From the IMG/VR virus record IMGVR_UViG_3300045988_077516, positions 1 through 37,399 of that record: DNA of 37,399 bases; one strand, written 5' to 3'. Source of the DNA: a virus. Positions within the stretch are counted from its first letter, which is position 1. Every line of letters starts with the position of its first letter. The position numbers were made by a program, and so were the translations under genes. Below are positions 17,889-26,846 of the stretch, piece by piece. The notes under the pieces were generated by a model. That model was not told the origin of the DNA. It saw nothing but the letters and a program-made list of their open reading frames with translations, and searched no databases.

Positions 17889-18574
17889 TGGATGTACAGA
17901 TCGGAAAGTATAAAATGGGCGATTTTGGGCTGAAACTGCTGGGTGTGGACCTTGGTACGCCGTCCGTCCGGAAAAGTACCGTGACCATCCCCGGTAGGAA
18001 CGGTGCACTGGACTTGACGGAAGCCATTACCGGTTTCCCAGTGTACGACAATGCAACACATAAGCTGACGTTCGACTTCAAAGACGGGACTTACAGCACC
18101 TGGCTGTCAAAAGCCAGTGACATCCGCGGGAAACTGCACGGCAGGCGGCTCCCGGTCATCTTCGGGGATGACGGCTATTATTACGATGCCAGGGTAAGCG
18201 TGGACAGCAGCAAGCTCAACCAGCATTACAGTCAGATCGTGGTCACACTGGATGCAGAGCCGTACAAGCTGGCACGGAAAACGTCACTGGATGACTGGGA
18301 ATGGGACAGATTCAATTTTGAAACGGATATCATCAGAGACTATAAAAACATCCCGGTACCGGGTGAAATCACGGTCGTAGGGGATGTGATGCCGACGGGG
18401 TGTGTTTTTGAAGCTTCGGCGGCGGTCACAGTGACATATGACGGAAAAAGCTACCAGATCCCAAAAGGGCACAGTACGGTGCCTGATATCCTGATCACAG
18501 AGGGCATCCATACCATGCAGTTTAAAGGGGATGGCGGCACGGTTTCCGTAGAATACAGAGGGGGCAGGTTCTAA
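17888..18574 (+). CDS. Distal tail protein (Dit)
   Basis: 228 aa, ATG overlapping the tape measure stop, canonical position. Confidence 0.7.
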   Translation: MDVQIGKYKMGDFGLKLLGVDLGTPSVRKSTVTIPGRNGALDLTEAITGFPVYDNATHKLTFDFKDGTYSTWLSKASDIRGKLHGRRLPVIFGDDGYYYDARVSVDSSKLNQHYSQIVVTLDAEPYKLARKTSLDDWEWDRFNFETDIIRDYKNIPVPGEITVVGDVMPTGCVFEASAAVTVTYDGKSYQIPKGHSTVPDILITEGIHTMQFKGDGGTVSVEYRGGRF

Positions 18575-19737
18575 TGTATAAGATCACGCTGGATGGTTCC
18601 TACCTGTACCATCCGTGGATAAGAGGCCGCTGCATTACGGAAGGGGCACTGACTCAGGAAGTCAACAAAAACGGCTCCTGTGATGTTTCGATCGTCCTGG
18701 ACCATCCGCTTGCGGCATCCGTCCTGCGGCGAAAGTCCATGCTGGAAGTAATCCGGTTCGGCCTGACGGGCAGTGAGAAGACGATCTACCGGGGCGTTGT
18801 GATGAACACCGTCGAAGACAGGGATCTTGAGATGGAGATCCAGACAGAAGGCGACCTAGTATTTTTTCAGGACAGCATCATCCGTCCATTCCACAAGACC
18901 GGCACGGATGTACCGGGAAAGACAACGCCAGGAAATTATTTCAAGTGGCTGGTTAAGAAGCACAACGAACAGGTGGATGATTTCAAGCAGTTCCTGATCG
19001 GTCAGGTGACTATTACCGGGGAAGCGGCAGATCGGGAGCGGAACGGTTACAGCACCACGAGGGACATAATGGATGAACTCGTCGCAGAAAGCGGCGGGTA
19101 TATCCGAACACGAACCGTCGGCGGTGTGCACTATATTGATTACCTGGCAGAATATGAACAGGCAGGCGGCCAGGATATCCGGCAGGGGCAGAACATAATT
19201 GATGTTACCAAGAACGTCAAGACGGATGATCTTGCAACGCGTCTGATCCCGCTCGGGTCATCGACATCAAACAACGAATGGCCGGTCACAATCGCAGGCG
19301 TGAACGATGGCAAGGACTACCTGGAAGACGCAGCAGCCGCCAAAGAATACGGCATCATCACGAAGACCGTGGAGTTTTCCGAAATACAGGACCCCACGAA
19401 GCTGAAAGAAGAAGGCGAAAAGGCATTTAAGAAGATCAACGGGGTAAATCTGGTGACAGAATTATCTGCAATCGACCTGTCGGATGCCGGTTATGATGTG
19501 GATATGCTGCGGATCGGTGAAAAGGTTTTTTGTGCAGCACCCACGTACAACATACAGCAGCAGCTGCAGATCACCAAGAAAGTGACAGACCTGTTAAAAC
19601 CGGCAAACAGCAAGGTCACGCTTGGCGGTACGGCATTAACATACACACAGCAACAGCTGCAGGCATGGCAGGGGCGTACGGGATATGCCACATCGGCGGC
19701 GATCACGAAGGCACAGATTGACAAGATCTGTATATAA
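18574..19737 (+). CDS. Tail-associated / baseplate hub protein (Tal-like)
   Basis: 387 aa, canonical position after Dit. Confidence 0.65.
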   Translation: MYKITLDGSYLYHPWIRGRCITEGALTQEVNKNGSCDVSIVLDHPLAASVLRRKSMLEVIRFGLTGSEKTIYRGVVMNTVEDRDLEMEIQTEGDLVFFQDSIIRPFHKTGTDVPGKTTPGNYFKWLVKKHNEQVDDFKQFLIGQVTITGEAADRERNGYSTTRDIMDELVAESGGYIRTRTVGGVHYIDYLAEYEQAGGQDIRQGQNIIDVTKNVKTDDLATRLIPLGSSTSNNEWPVTIAGVNDGKDYLEDAAAAKEYGIITKTVEFSEIQDPTKLKEEGEKAFKKINGVNLVTELSAIDLSDAGYDVDMLRIGEKVFCAAPTYNIQQQLQITKKVTDLLKPANSKVTLGGTALTYTQQQLQAWQGRTGYATSAAITKAQIDKICI

Positions 19738-19758
19738 AACAGGGAAGGAGGTGGTAAC

Positions 19759-20373
19759 GTGGCATCACTGGATGAAGAAGGGCTGACATACCTGTGGGAA
19801 AAGATCAAGTCCGCACTGTCTGGGAAAGTAGACAGGGTAAGCGGCAAAGGACTGTCTGCGAACGATTACACGACAACAGAGAAGAACAAACTGAAAGGAA
19901 TCGAAGCCGGTGCGAACAAATATGTGCATCCGATCCATACAGCAAAAACGAGCGGACTGTACAAAATAACAGTGGATGAAACCGGACACATATCAGGGGC
20001 AGTGCAGGCCACAAAAGAAGATATTGAAGACCTGGGGATATCCGGAGCAATGTCCCCAATAGTATCAAAAGCATTATTCCAGAGGATAGAGGCAGCAGGA
20101 AAATGGTATTACGGCAGCGACAGTAACCTGCAGAAATACAGTGAGATACGGCTGTGGGTTGAAATTGCTGACGGTTGGAAAGGCTGGGTGGTATTGACGG
20201 CAGACGATCCCGCCGAGACGGTCATCACGGTATACCTGACTGCTGCATATAACGCACGGATCCACCTGAAATGGGATACAGGTGCGAACGAAGTAGGCAT
20301 CTATGTAAGGAATATCGGGAGCGGCTGGAATGCCGCACAGGTATCTGTAGGGCGTATGGAATATATAAGGTAA
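19759..20373 (+). CDS. Tail fibre / baseplate-associated protein
   Basis: GTG start 5 nt after AAGGAGGTG. The N-terminal GKGLSANDYTTTEKNKLKGIEAGANKY motif is common in Firmicutes phage fibre proteins. Confidence 0.65.
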   Translation: MASLDEEGLTYLWEKIKSALSGKVDRVSGKGLSANDYTTTEKNKLKGIEAGANKYVHPIHTAKTSGLYKITVDETGHISGAVQATKEDIEDLGISGAMSPIVSKALFQRIEAAGKWYYGSDSNLQKYSEIRLWVEIADGWKGWVVLTADDPAETVITVYLTAAYNARIHLKWDTGANEVGIYVRNIGSGWNAAQVSVGRMEYIR

Positions 20374-20384
20374 GGAGTATGAGG

Positions 20385-22139
20385 ATGACAGATATAACAG
20401 AAATTTTAAAGAAAATTCTGACGTCAGTCTATGGAAAGGATATGCGTCAGGCCATCCATGATGGGATTAAGGCATGCAAGGATGCTGTGGACGCGGGACT
20501 GGGTGAGCTGAAGACGACAGATATAGTTTTTGAGACGGAAGAAGGTTATTATTGGGATGTGTTAACATGGAGCGTAAACGGACAGGCAAAAAGGAGTATC
20601 CATAAAAAACAGGTTGATGAAGAAATAAACACATATCTACAGAATGTTGTATTACCGGTTTCCCCGGGAGAAAAATATAGAATAGAATGTGCAAAATTTA
20701 AGCCGGGACAACCGGGTGCAAATGTCATCAACTATCCAATTATTGCAGTAGAACAGGCAGATCGCGAAAGTGCATCTGGATATTGCGGGTCAATGTCAAA
20801 GGCGACAGACGGGATAGCGATATATGACTATGTAGTTCCTGAGAATGCGAATTACCTTATTGTCAGCCATGTTCAGCAGCCTTCCAGTATGGATATAGTT
20901 TTTAGCATTACGCAATTATTCGACACAGCAAAAGAATATATCCAAAATATCGCAGGTGCACCAGAAGAATATCAGAAAAAGTTGGATAATGCGGTAAAAG
21001 AGTATGACAAGAAGCTGAATGATGCCTTGACAGAATATGATAACCGGCTGAGCATCGGAATCCAGACCCAGCAGACGGTGGACTTCCAGGCAGAACAGGG
21101 AAGCTACTGGTACGTGAATTCAAATAGGACAATAACAAAATACGGGCCAGACAGCCAGTATATGTTCTATGCAAGTACAGTAATTCCGGTAACTGAGGGC
21201 GAGGTGTACGAGGTACATTGTGCAAAATCTGCTGACAGTTATTATGTTCCGGGGCCAGTCATAGCTGTCAGCAATGCAACGAATTCGGAGGCAGATGGTG
21301 TTATCGCCATATTTGAAAATCCGACAGATGGAAGTAATCAGTATGTGCTTACGGTTCCGACAGGGGCGAAATTCCTGCTGATCAACCATGTAGTGAAATC
21401 TTATTCGGGAATCGATATGGAAATCTATAAAAGAAACAGCCTGGAAGATCTGGTAATGGGCACTGTTAAAGATATGTTTTCAGCCACCGCCGCCCACAAC
21501 ACAATCTACCGAGGGAAATATCTGGGTGATACAGTCACTGCCGAGCAGGCAGCAGCCATTGCAGACGGCAGCTTCGAAGACCTGTTCATCGGTGATTACT
21601 GGACGATGGGCGGTGTAAACTACCGGATCGCCGATTTTGATTACTGGTACCGCACCGGATTCCCAGAAGCGATCAGGGTGGAAAAACACCACGCAGTCAT
21701 CGTACCGGATACCGCCATTGCCACGGGACAGATGAACGGGGGCAATACCACATCGGGCGGCTACCGGGCTTCGCTTATGAAATCCAAAATGAACGATACC
21801 ACATCGGCACTGCCGCAGGGAATGCGTTCAAGGTTGCTGGTGCATAATGCATTGCTGGATGGTACGTGGACGGAGACATCCGTTGACCTGATGAACGAGA
21901 TCATGGTGTATGGGTGCTACATACTAGCTGACAACAGCAACAAGCAGACATCAGAGAACCGTCAGCTCAGCCTGTTCCGGATGAGTCCGCAGGCACGGTA
22001 TGCCGGTGATAATTACTGGCTCCGGAATTATGCCAACGCAACAGAGTTCACGCTGGTATCTTATTATGGGGACGCCAGCAAGGATGTGGCAACCAGCACC
22101 TACGGCATCCGGCCGGTATTTGCAATCACAGGGGACTAG
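20385..22139 (+). CDS. Receptor-binding / tail fibre protein with an internally duplicated domain
   Basis: ATG 20385 lies 7 nt after AAGGAG. The N-terminus ILTSVYGKDMRQAIHDGIKACKDAVD is fibre-like. There are two paralogous ~130-aa modules and a C-terminal NYWLRN...YGIRPVFAI motif. Confidence 0.75.
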   Translation: MTDITEILKKILTSVYGKDMRQAIHDGIKACKDAVDAGLGELKTTDIVFETEEGYYWDVLTWSVNGQAKRSIHKKQVDEEINTYLQNVVLPVSPGEKYRIECAKFKPGQPGANVINYPIIAVEQADRESASGYCGSMSKATDGIAIYDYVVPENANYLIVSHVQQPSSMDIVFSITQLFDTAKEYIQNIAGAPEEYQKKLDNAVKEYDKKLNDALTEYDNRLSIGIQTQQTVDFQAEQGSYWYVNSNRTITKYGPDSQYMFYASTVIPVTEGEVYEVHCAKSADSYYVPGPVIAVSNATNSEADGVIAIFENPTDGSNQYVLTVPTGAKFLLINHVVKSYSGIDMEIYKRNSLEDLVMGTVKDMFSATAAHNTIYRGKYLGDTVTAEQAAAIADGSFEDLFIGDYWTMGGVNYRIADFDYWYRTGFPEAIRVEKHHAVIVPDTAIATGQMNGGNTTSGGYRASLMKSKMNDTTSALPQGMRSRLLVHNALLDGTWTETSVDLMNEIMVYGCYILADNSNKQTSENRQLSLFRMSPQARYAGDNYWLRNYANATEFTLVSYYGDASKDVATSTYGIRPVFAITGD

Positions 22140-22228
22140 AAAAAGAAGAATCAAAATGGCATTACAGAAAAAAATCCAGAATTTGAAGGAGCAGAAAATA
22201 TTTGACGAAATATATTGAAATCAGAGCA

Positions 22229-22250
22229 GGACCGTAGAGGTCCATTTTTA
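22229..22250 (+). terminator. Weak rho-independent terminator after the tail genes
   Basis: GGACC-GTAGA-GGTCC followed by ATTTTTA. Confidence 0.5.
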
Positions 22251-22381
22251 TTGCAATTTTGTAACCATGAACGAAAAGAAGCCCTGTGTTGAGCGATGGC
22301 ATTGCCCACAAGACTTCTTAGATTGTTTCTTGGTTAGATATATATTAACACATCTGACCAAGAAAGGAAAGACTGACGAGG

Positions 22382-22810
22382 ATGAAAAAAGAAATGTTAT
22401 GTACAGGTATTGGAGCAGTCGGTGGGGCGATTGCTTCTTTTTTTGGCGGCTGGGATCAGGCATTGATGACGCTGATCATTTTTATGGCGATCGATTACAT
22501 CTCCGGTCTGATCGTTGCCGGGGTATTCCATAACAGCAAGAAGACGGAATCCGGAACACTGGAAAGCCGGACAGGCTGGAAAGGTCTGTGCAGGAAATGT
22601 ATGACGCTGCTGTTTGTTCTGGTGGCGTACCGGCTGGATCTGGCAATCGGTGTGGATTACATCCGTGATGCGGTGATCATCGGGTTTATTGCCAACGAAC
22701 TGATCAGCATCGTAGAGAATGCCGGACTGATGGGCATACCGCTGCCGGCAGTAATCGCCAATGCGATCGACATACTGACACAGAAAGCAGAGAAAAAAGG
22801 GGACGCATGA
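22382..22810 (+). CDS. Holin (phage_holin_4_1 / TcdE-like)
   Basis: Multiple hydrophobic helices plus AIDYISGLIVAGVF...GWKGLCRK...IANELISIVENAGLMGIPLP. It sits directly before the endolysin gene. ATG 22394 is an alternative start. Confidence 0.85.
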   Translation: MKKEMLCTGIGAVGGAIASFFGGWDQALMTLIIFMAIDYISGLIVAGVFHNSKKTESGTLESRTGWKGLCRKCMTLLFVLVAYRLDLAIGVDYIRDAVIIGFIANELISIVENAGLMGIPLPAVIANAIDILTQKAEKKGDA

Positions 22811-22838
22811 GCGTCCTCTGAGAAAGGCAGGTAAAACT

Positions 22839-23717
22839 ATGAGCTACAAAATCACAAACGCCATATCATCATCCAGAGTCCCGGCATGGGGAAATCAGAA
22901 AAAGTACATTGGAGTGCATTATCTGGGCGTGGTCGGCCAGGCACATGACCTGTCGTCCGATGGGTGTGGTGCACATTTCTACATCTACTGGGATGGCACC
23001 ATCTACCAGCGTTGCAGTCTGGATGCCGTGCCGTGGGCGGTTGGCACGGCTGGTTATTACAAACAGAAGCACCCGGAAGCCAACAACTATAACACGATCA
23101 GCATCGAGATGTGCTGCAAGTGTGACGGCAATGCCGCAAGTGCGAATGATCCAACATGGTATTTCACGCAGGAAACTCAGGAGGCGTGTGTTTGGCTGGT
23201 CAAGCAGCTGATGGGGCAGCTTGGAATCGCTGCAGACCATGTCCTTCGGCATTATGATATTGTCAACAAGGTATGCCCGGCACCGTATGTACACAATAAC
23301 AACTATAAAACCAGCTGGAGATGGGACGAGTTCAAGAAAAAAATTGCCGGATCAGGCGACATTCTCCCAGCCACCAGCAAACCATGGTACCGTGTCCGCA
23401 AGACCTGGAAGAATGAAAAAAGCCAGCTCGGGGCGTTCCATACACTGAAGAAGGCAAAGCAGTGTGCAAATCAGCACGCCGGTTATCATGTTTACAACGA
23501 TGCCGGTAAAAAGGTATATACATCAGCCAAACTCCCATACAATGTGCGGCCGAAAACCGCAAATGTTCCAATCAGGACAGGAGCGGCCAAAACATACAGT
23601 GCTGCCAGAACGTTTTTGCAGCCAGGTAAGTACGTGATCACCGAGGAAAAGAACGGATTCGGCAAGCTGAAAAGCGGTGCAGGATGGGTATACTTGAAGA
23701 AAGTGGAGAGGGTATAA
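22839..23717 (+). CDS. Endolysin: N-acetylmuramoyl-L-alanine amidase (Amidase_2/PGRP) with C-terminal wall-binding domains (SPOR-like plus SH3b-like)
   Basis: GVHYLG...HFYIYWDGTIYQ...NTISIEMC...LRHYDIVNKVCPAP, then WYRVRKTWKNEKSQLGAFHTLKKAK, then a GKYVITEEKNGFGKLKSGAGWVYL tail. Confidence 0.9.
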   Translation: MSYKITNAISSSRVPAWGNQKKYIGVHYLGVVGQAHDLSSDGCGAHFYIYWDGTIYQRCSLDAVPWAVGTAGYYKQKHPEANNYNTISIEMCCKCDGNAASANDPTWYFTQETQEACVWLVKQLMGQLGIAADHVLRHYDIVNKVCPAPYVHNNNYKTSWRWDEFKKKIAGSGDILPATSKPWYRVRKTWKNEKSQLGAFHTLKKAKQCANQHAGYHVYNDAGKKVYTSAKLPYNVRPKTANVPIRTGAAKTYSAARTFLQPGKYVITEEKNGFGKLKSGAGWVYLKKVERV

Positions 23718-23727
23718 GAAATTAAAA

Positions 23728-23752
23728 TTCGTGTTGCATTTCGTGTTGCATA
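23728..23752 (+). repeat. Left arm-type repeat: two tandem copies of TTCGTGTTGCAT (putative integrase arm-binding sites)
   Basis: The 25-mer TTCGTGTTGCATTTCGTGTTGCATA is identical to 23931-23955. Confidence 0.6.
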
Positions 23753-23804
23753 GTTTTATATTATTGTGAAAAACGTGTCTTTTAGTACAACTTACTTACA
23801 TATA

Positions 23805-23854
23805 AAATGCAGTGTTTTCAAGGCTTTACAGAAAAGCTGATAAACACTGCATTT
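23805..23854. repeat. Perfect 13-bp inverted repeat (AAATGCAGTGTTT / AAACACTGCATTT) with a 24-nt spacer inside attP
   Basis: Read directly from the sequence. Confidence 0.8.
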
Positions 23855-23867
23855 GTAAAAACTGTAT

Positions 23868-23898
23868 TTGCGGGGTTCGATTCCCCTCAGGTCCATCC
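23868..23898 (+). other. tRNA 3'-end fragment; putative attP core
   Basis: GCGGGGTTCGATTCCCCTCAGGTCCA contains a T-arm (GGGG-TTCGATT-CCCC) and a 3' acceptor strand. There is no matching 5' half upstream. It lies between the arm repeats, next to the integrase gene. Confidence 0.6.
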
Positions 23899-23904
23899 TG
23901 AAAA

Positions 23905-23932
23905 GCTCGATTTTATCGGGCTTTTTTCTTTT
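23905..23932. terminator. Bidirectional terminator-like hairpin spanning the integrase stop codon
   Basis: GCTCGAT-TTT-ATCGGGC is followed by TTTTTTCTTTT on the + strand and by TTTT on the - strand. Confidence 0.5.
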
Positions 23933-25142
23933 CGTGTTGCATTTCGTGTTGCATAAATGCTAAAAATTCTATTTTGCTCTGTTCAGAATCCTCTTTTTCG
24001 TACAGAAGAAGCCAGGCTTTATATTTCTTCTGGTCAATATCTACAGGATCATTTTCGAGTAAATTTTCAAAGTATCTGTCGATTGTATCATCTGCTTTGA
24101 TACGACCATCTGAAAAGGTATGTGTATAGATTTGTTTCATAACCTTGTCTGTTTTCCAGCCGCCACGTTCCATGGCATATTTATCCGGGATGTTCAGCAT
24201 ATGCATGATAGATGCATTTTCATGTCGCAGATCGTGAAATGTCATGTGCGGGAGATGATTCTTTTTCAGAAGCATTGACCACTTCATATAGATAGCATGA
24301 CCGCTTTGAGCGATGAGATAATCGTCTGGATCACCTTTTGGTATCAATTCCATTATGTATGGAGGGATGCGGTGTTTTCGCAGACGTTTGGCTGCTTTTC
24401 CAGATTCTTTCACAGAAGCCTCGCCATTAATGTCTACCACCACCCGGTCAATTCGCAGATAGCCGTCTTCAATGTCTTTATATTTGATTCCTCGAATTTC
24501 ACTCATGGAAAAACTCAACCACATGGCAAGTAAGCACGGGAGTTCAATATCTGTTCCTTTTATGATCTCCAGAATTGTTTGTGGTGGGATCAATTCTTTC
24601 ACCTTTTGGGGCACAGTTGGAAGCTTTACGCAATAAGATGCGTCTGGCATACAGGAATGGATGGCAGCGGAAATAAAGCCGTAGGTATTTTTTACTGTTT
24701 TTGGAGATATAGGCTTCGGGTTTTTCTTGTTTCTTTTTGACAGACGCTTGCAGTCGCGATTAACAGCATCTTGCAGATCATCAGATGTTATATCACGCAG
24801 TCGGGTGTCAAAAAGTGGTTTGTAAGAATCGTATTGATCTTTGCGGTAGCCCTGCATCGTAGTGCCGGATAATGCACTGTCAGATTTCTCAATATAACGC
24901 TCGATCGCTTCCGATAGTGTAATATTTATAGTGCTTTGCTTATCCTTACGTTTAGTGAGAAGAAACTGGTTAGCTGCCAATTCTGCTTCGTGCTTCCCTC
25001 TTTTGGTCGGATCATCGGAAGTGAAAGATTCATAGATCCGCTTATTTTTCCAGATTCCGGATTTTTCATCGAATATCTTTTCGGTATGGCTATATGCAAG
25101 ACACCGCCATGAACCTGACGGTAATTTTTTTGCTGTTGGCAT
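23913..25142 (-). CDS. int: Tyrosine integrase
   Basis: MPTAKKLPSGSWRC N-terminus, with AGGAGG 7 nt upstream of ATG 25142. The C-terminal catalytic region has FHDLRH and ...KQIYTH. The upstream extension to 25217 lacks a ribosome-binding site. Confidence 0.9.
   Translation of the reverse strand: MPTAKKLPSGSWRCLAYSHTEKIFDEKSGIWKNKRIYESFTSDDPTKRGKHEAELAANQFLLTKRKDKQSTINITLSEAIERYIEKSDSALSGTTMQGYRKDQYDSYKPLFDTRLRDITSDDLQDAVNRDCKRLSKRNKKNPKPISPKTVKNTYGFISAAIHSCMPDASYCVKLPTVPQKVKELIPPQTILEIIKGTDIELPCLLAMWLSFSMSEIRGIKYKDIEDGYLRIDRVVVDINGEASVKESGKAAKRLRKHRIPPYIMELIPKGDPDDYLIAQSGHAIYMKWSMLLKKNHLPHMTFHDLRHENASIMHMLNIPDKYAMERGGWKTDKVMKQIYTHTFSDGRIKADDTIDRYFENLLENDPVDIDQKKYKAWLLLYEKEDSEQSKIEFLAFMQHEMQHEKKKAR
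23931..23955 (+). repeat. Right arm-type repeat: two tandem copies of TTCGTGTTGCAT, embedded in the 3' end of the integrase CDS
   Basis: Identical 25-mer. On the - strand it encodes MQHEMQHE at the integrase C-terminus. Confidence 0.6.
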
Positions 25143-25317
25143 AATATCATCCTCCTGTTCGTAAAATGGGTATAAAAATACACCTATACAGGTGCTGGAG
25201 GATTGTGGTATAATCATCTTGCTTAAGGGTGATTGTACTGGTCCTCAGACCTGTATAGATTCACTGATCCGCTTCGGTGCTGGTAACACTGGGGCGGATT
25301 TTTTTGTTTAATTGTTT

Positions 25318-26265
25318 TTAGATACTATCAAAATAAGTTTTGATTTTTTCAATGCAATCGTTTTTACAATTTCCATACATACGCTCAAGACTTGCACAAG
25401 AAGAAATTAATTGTACTAAATCAGCTTGTATGAAATCGTGATTTTCTTCGAATAGGTTTTTTGTATAAGTTAATATTTCAGTAGCAGAATTCATGCAGCA
25501 TACAGACTCCATATATTCTTCTAACTGTAATTTGTAGTTAGAAAAAATATTGTCATTGCTGTTTTCAAGAATATCCTCTTGCTCGATATCCAGAAGACTA
25601 TTATTGTCGGAAGCTGTTATGACTGTGTTGTCGGATATGTATTTTTTAATAACTACCTTTGCATATTTAATCAACGGAAGTATATTAAGTTCCAAACTGC
25701 AAGGAACAGGTGTACTGATGGAAGTAGCAAAGTTTTGTGCAACATCAAAATGTGAAAAACCTGTGTAATGTACTGGGTGTAATTCATCGAAGATATCAAC
25801 AAGAAAGATATCAGCGAGAAGACCAGTAATATTTTCAGATGATTTTCCGAATAATGTTGCAGTAATTGTAGATTTTTCAGTATCTGGCAATATCGTCAAG
25901 GACGATACCCTAAATTCCAAATCAGGGTTATAATTGATAACATTTATTTTTACAGGAACGGCAGGTTCTTTCAAAGTGCTCTTTATTGTTACAGCAGTGC
26001 CGTTTGCGATTACGCCCATAATATCATGATCATCAGTGGCATAATCGATATCGAGTCCGATAATTGCATTGGCACCCATTTGATTTGCGTTGCTGATTAA
26101 AAGGTCGAGAGCATTTTTTTGAGCCGCTTCAAGTTTTTCAGAGTACGAAGATAAAAGAATAAAGTCAGAAAGAAACTTTGTATTTAAAGCGTATTCTCCT
26201 GAACAAAATCCTAAATAATCTGTAATTTCATAATTTTCAAAATTAAAACCGGATGTCAGTTTCAT
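25318..26265 (-). CDS. YbjQ/UPF0145 (DUF74)-like N-terminal domain fused to ~215 aa of unknown function
   Basis: FENYEITDYLGFCSGEYALNTKFLSDF...ALDLLISNANQMGANAIIGLDIDYA...ANGTAV matches the YbjQ pattern. The gene is very AT-rich, and its ATG overlaps the stop of the upstream gene (ATGA). Confidence 0.7.
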   Translation of the reverse strand: MKLTSGFNFENYEITDYLGFCSGEYALNTKFLSDFILLSSYSEKLEAAQKNALDLLISNANQMGANAIIGLDIDYATDDHDIMGVIANGTAVTIKSTLKEPAVPVKINVINYNPDLEFRVSSLTILPDTEKSTITATLFGKSSENITGLLADIFLVDIFDELHPVHYTGFSHFDVAQNFATSISTPVPCSLELNILPLIKYAKVVIKKYISDNTVITASDNNSLLDIEQEDILENSNDNIFSNYKLQLEEYMESVCCMNSATEILTYTKNLFEENHDFIQADLVQLISSCASLERMYGNCKNDCIEKIKTYFDSI

Positions 26266-26831
26266 GGCTTGCTCTCCTTTATCTTTTTTAAGTCGTAACG
26301 CGGACCTTTGCGAATATCCAAAGTGTAAGGGTCAGGCATTTCATAGTCACCCCAGCATGTACGAAGGATTTCTTTAGGCGGTGTGATTTTTGCAGGTTCC
26401 AGCAACAGGAATTCTTGCTGTGAGGGCTGACGTCCGGCTTTCTTTATCATACGTGTTAATCGTCCTTTCATGCCGGCTTTTGTGTCATCGACTGTTACAT
26501 TCATGGTTAATGCTTCTACACACACGGCAGCAGCGTTTTCGTAAAGCCCCTGTTTTTCATAAATCATAGCCAGACGTTTATAGGCAGGAACACACGGAGG
26601 AGAGTCTTGCTTATATTTTTCACTGATTTTCTTCCAGATTTTAAAAGCTTCAATATTATTTTTGCAATTTTGTATGAAAATTGAAGCACGTTCGCCCTCG
26701 TAGTCTTTCAAGTTATACATGACAGACCAGTCAGATTCTATTGCTTCCATACCTGAAAAATATTGTTCAGATATTTGACGATAATCTTCGTCTAACCAAT
26801 AGGGTTCTTGCATATCGTCGTAAAATTCCAT
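26262..26831 (-). CDS. TPR-like helical protein (189 aa), unknown function
   Basis: AYKRLAMIYEKQGLYENAAAVCVEAL is a TPR-like helix pair. AAAGGAGAAAAGAGG lies upstream of the ATG. The gene is translationally coupled to the YbjQ-fusion gene. Confidence 0.65.
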   Translation of the reverse strand: MEFYDDMQEPYWLDEDYRQISEQYFSGMEAIESDWSVMYNLKDYEGERASIFIQNCKNNIEAFKIWKKISEKYKQDSPPCVPAYKRLAMIYEKQGLYENAAAVCVEALTMNVTVDDTKAGMKGRLTRMIKKAGRQPSQQEFLLLEPAKITPPKEILRTCWGDYEMPDPYTLDIRKGPRYDLKKIKESKP

Positions 26832-26846
26832 AACCTCTTTTCTCCT

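Noticed and set aside
20271-20384. Upstream extension of the fibre ORF, overlapping the previous gene by about 100 nt
   Set aside because: AAGGAG at 20372-20377 fits the ATG at 20385. The extension translates to Cys/Arg-rich sequence out of frame with gene 19759-20373.
22156-22218. 20-aa ORF (MALQKKIQNLKEQKIFDEIY) after the fibre gene, considered as an XkdX-like small tail protein
   Set aside because: It is too short, has no clear ribosome-binding site, and sits directly before the terminator. Evidence for coding is insufficient.
22267-22533. 88-aa ORF upstream of and overlapping the holin gene
   Set aside because: It overlaps the holin in another frame, has no ribosome-binding site, and its translation is Cys/Trp/Arg-rich. 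The 22251-22381 region is more likely a holin leader or promoter, but I could not define convincing -35 and -10 boxes.
23868-23898. A second complete tRNA gene
   Set aside because: Only the T-arm and 3' acceptor strand are present. No complementary 5' acceptor (GGACCTG) or D-arm occurs within 80 nt upstream. This fits an attP core fragment, not a gene.
25267-25305. Hairpin ATCCGC...GCGGAT followed by TTTTTTTG between the integrase gene and the YbjQ-fusion gene
   Set aside because: It is oriented as a + strand terminator, yet both flanking genes are on the - strand. On the - strand it has no U-run. I cannot assign it a transcript; it might stop antisense transcription but remains unsupported.
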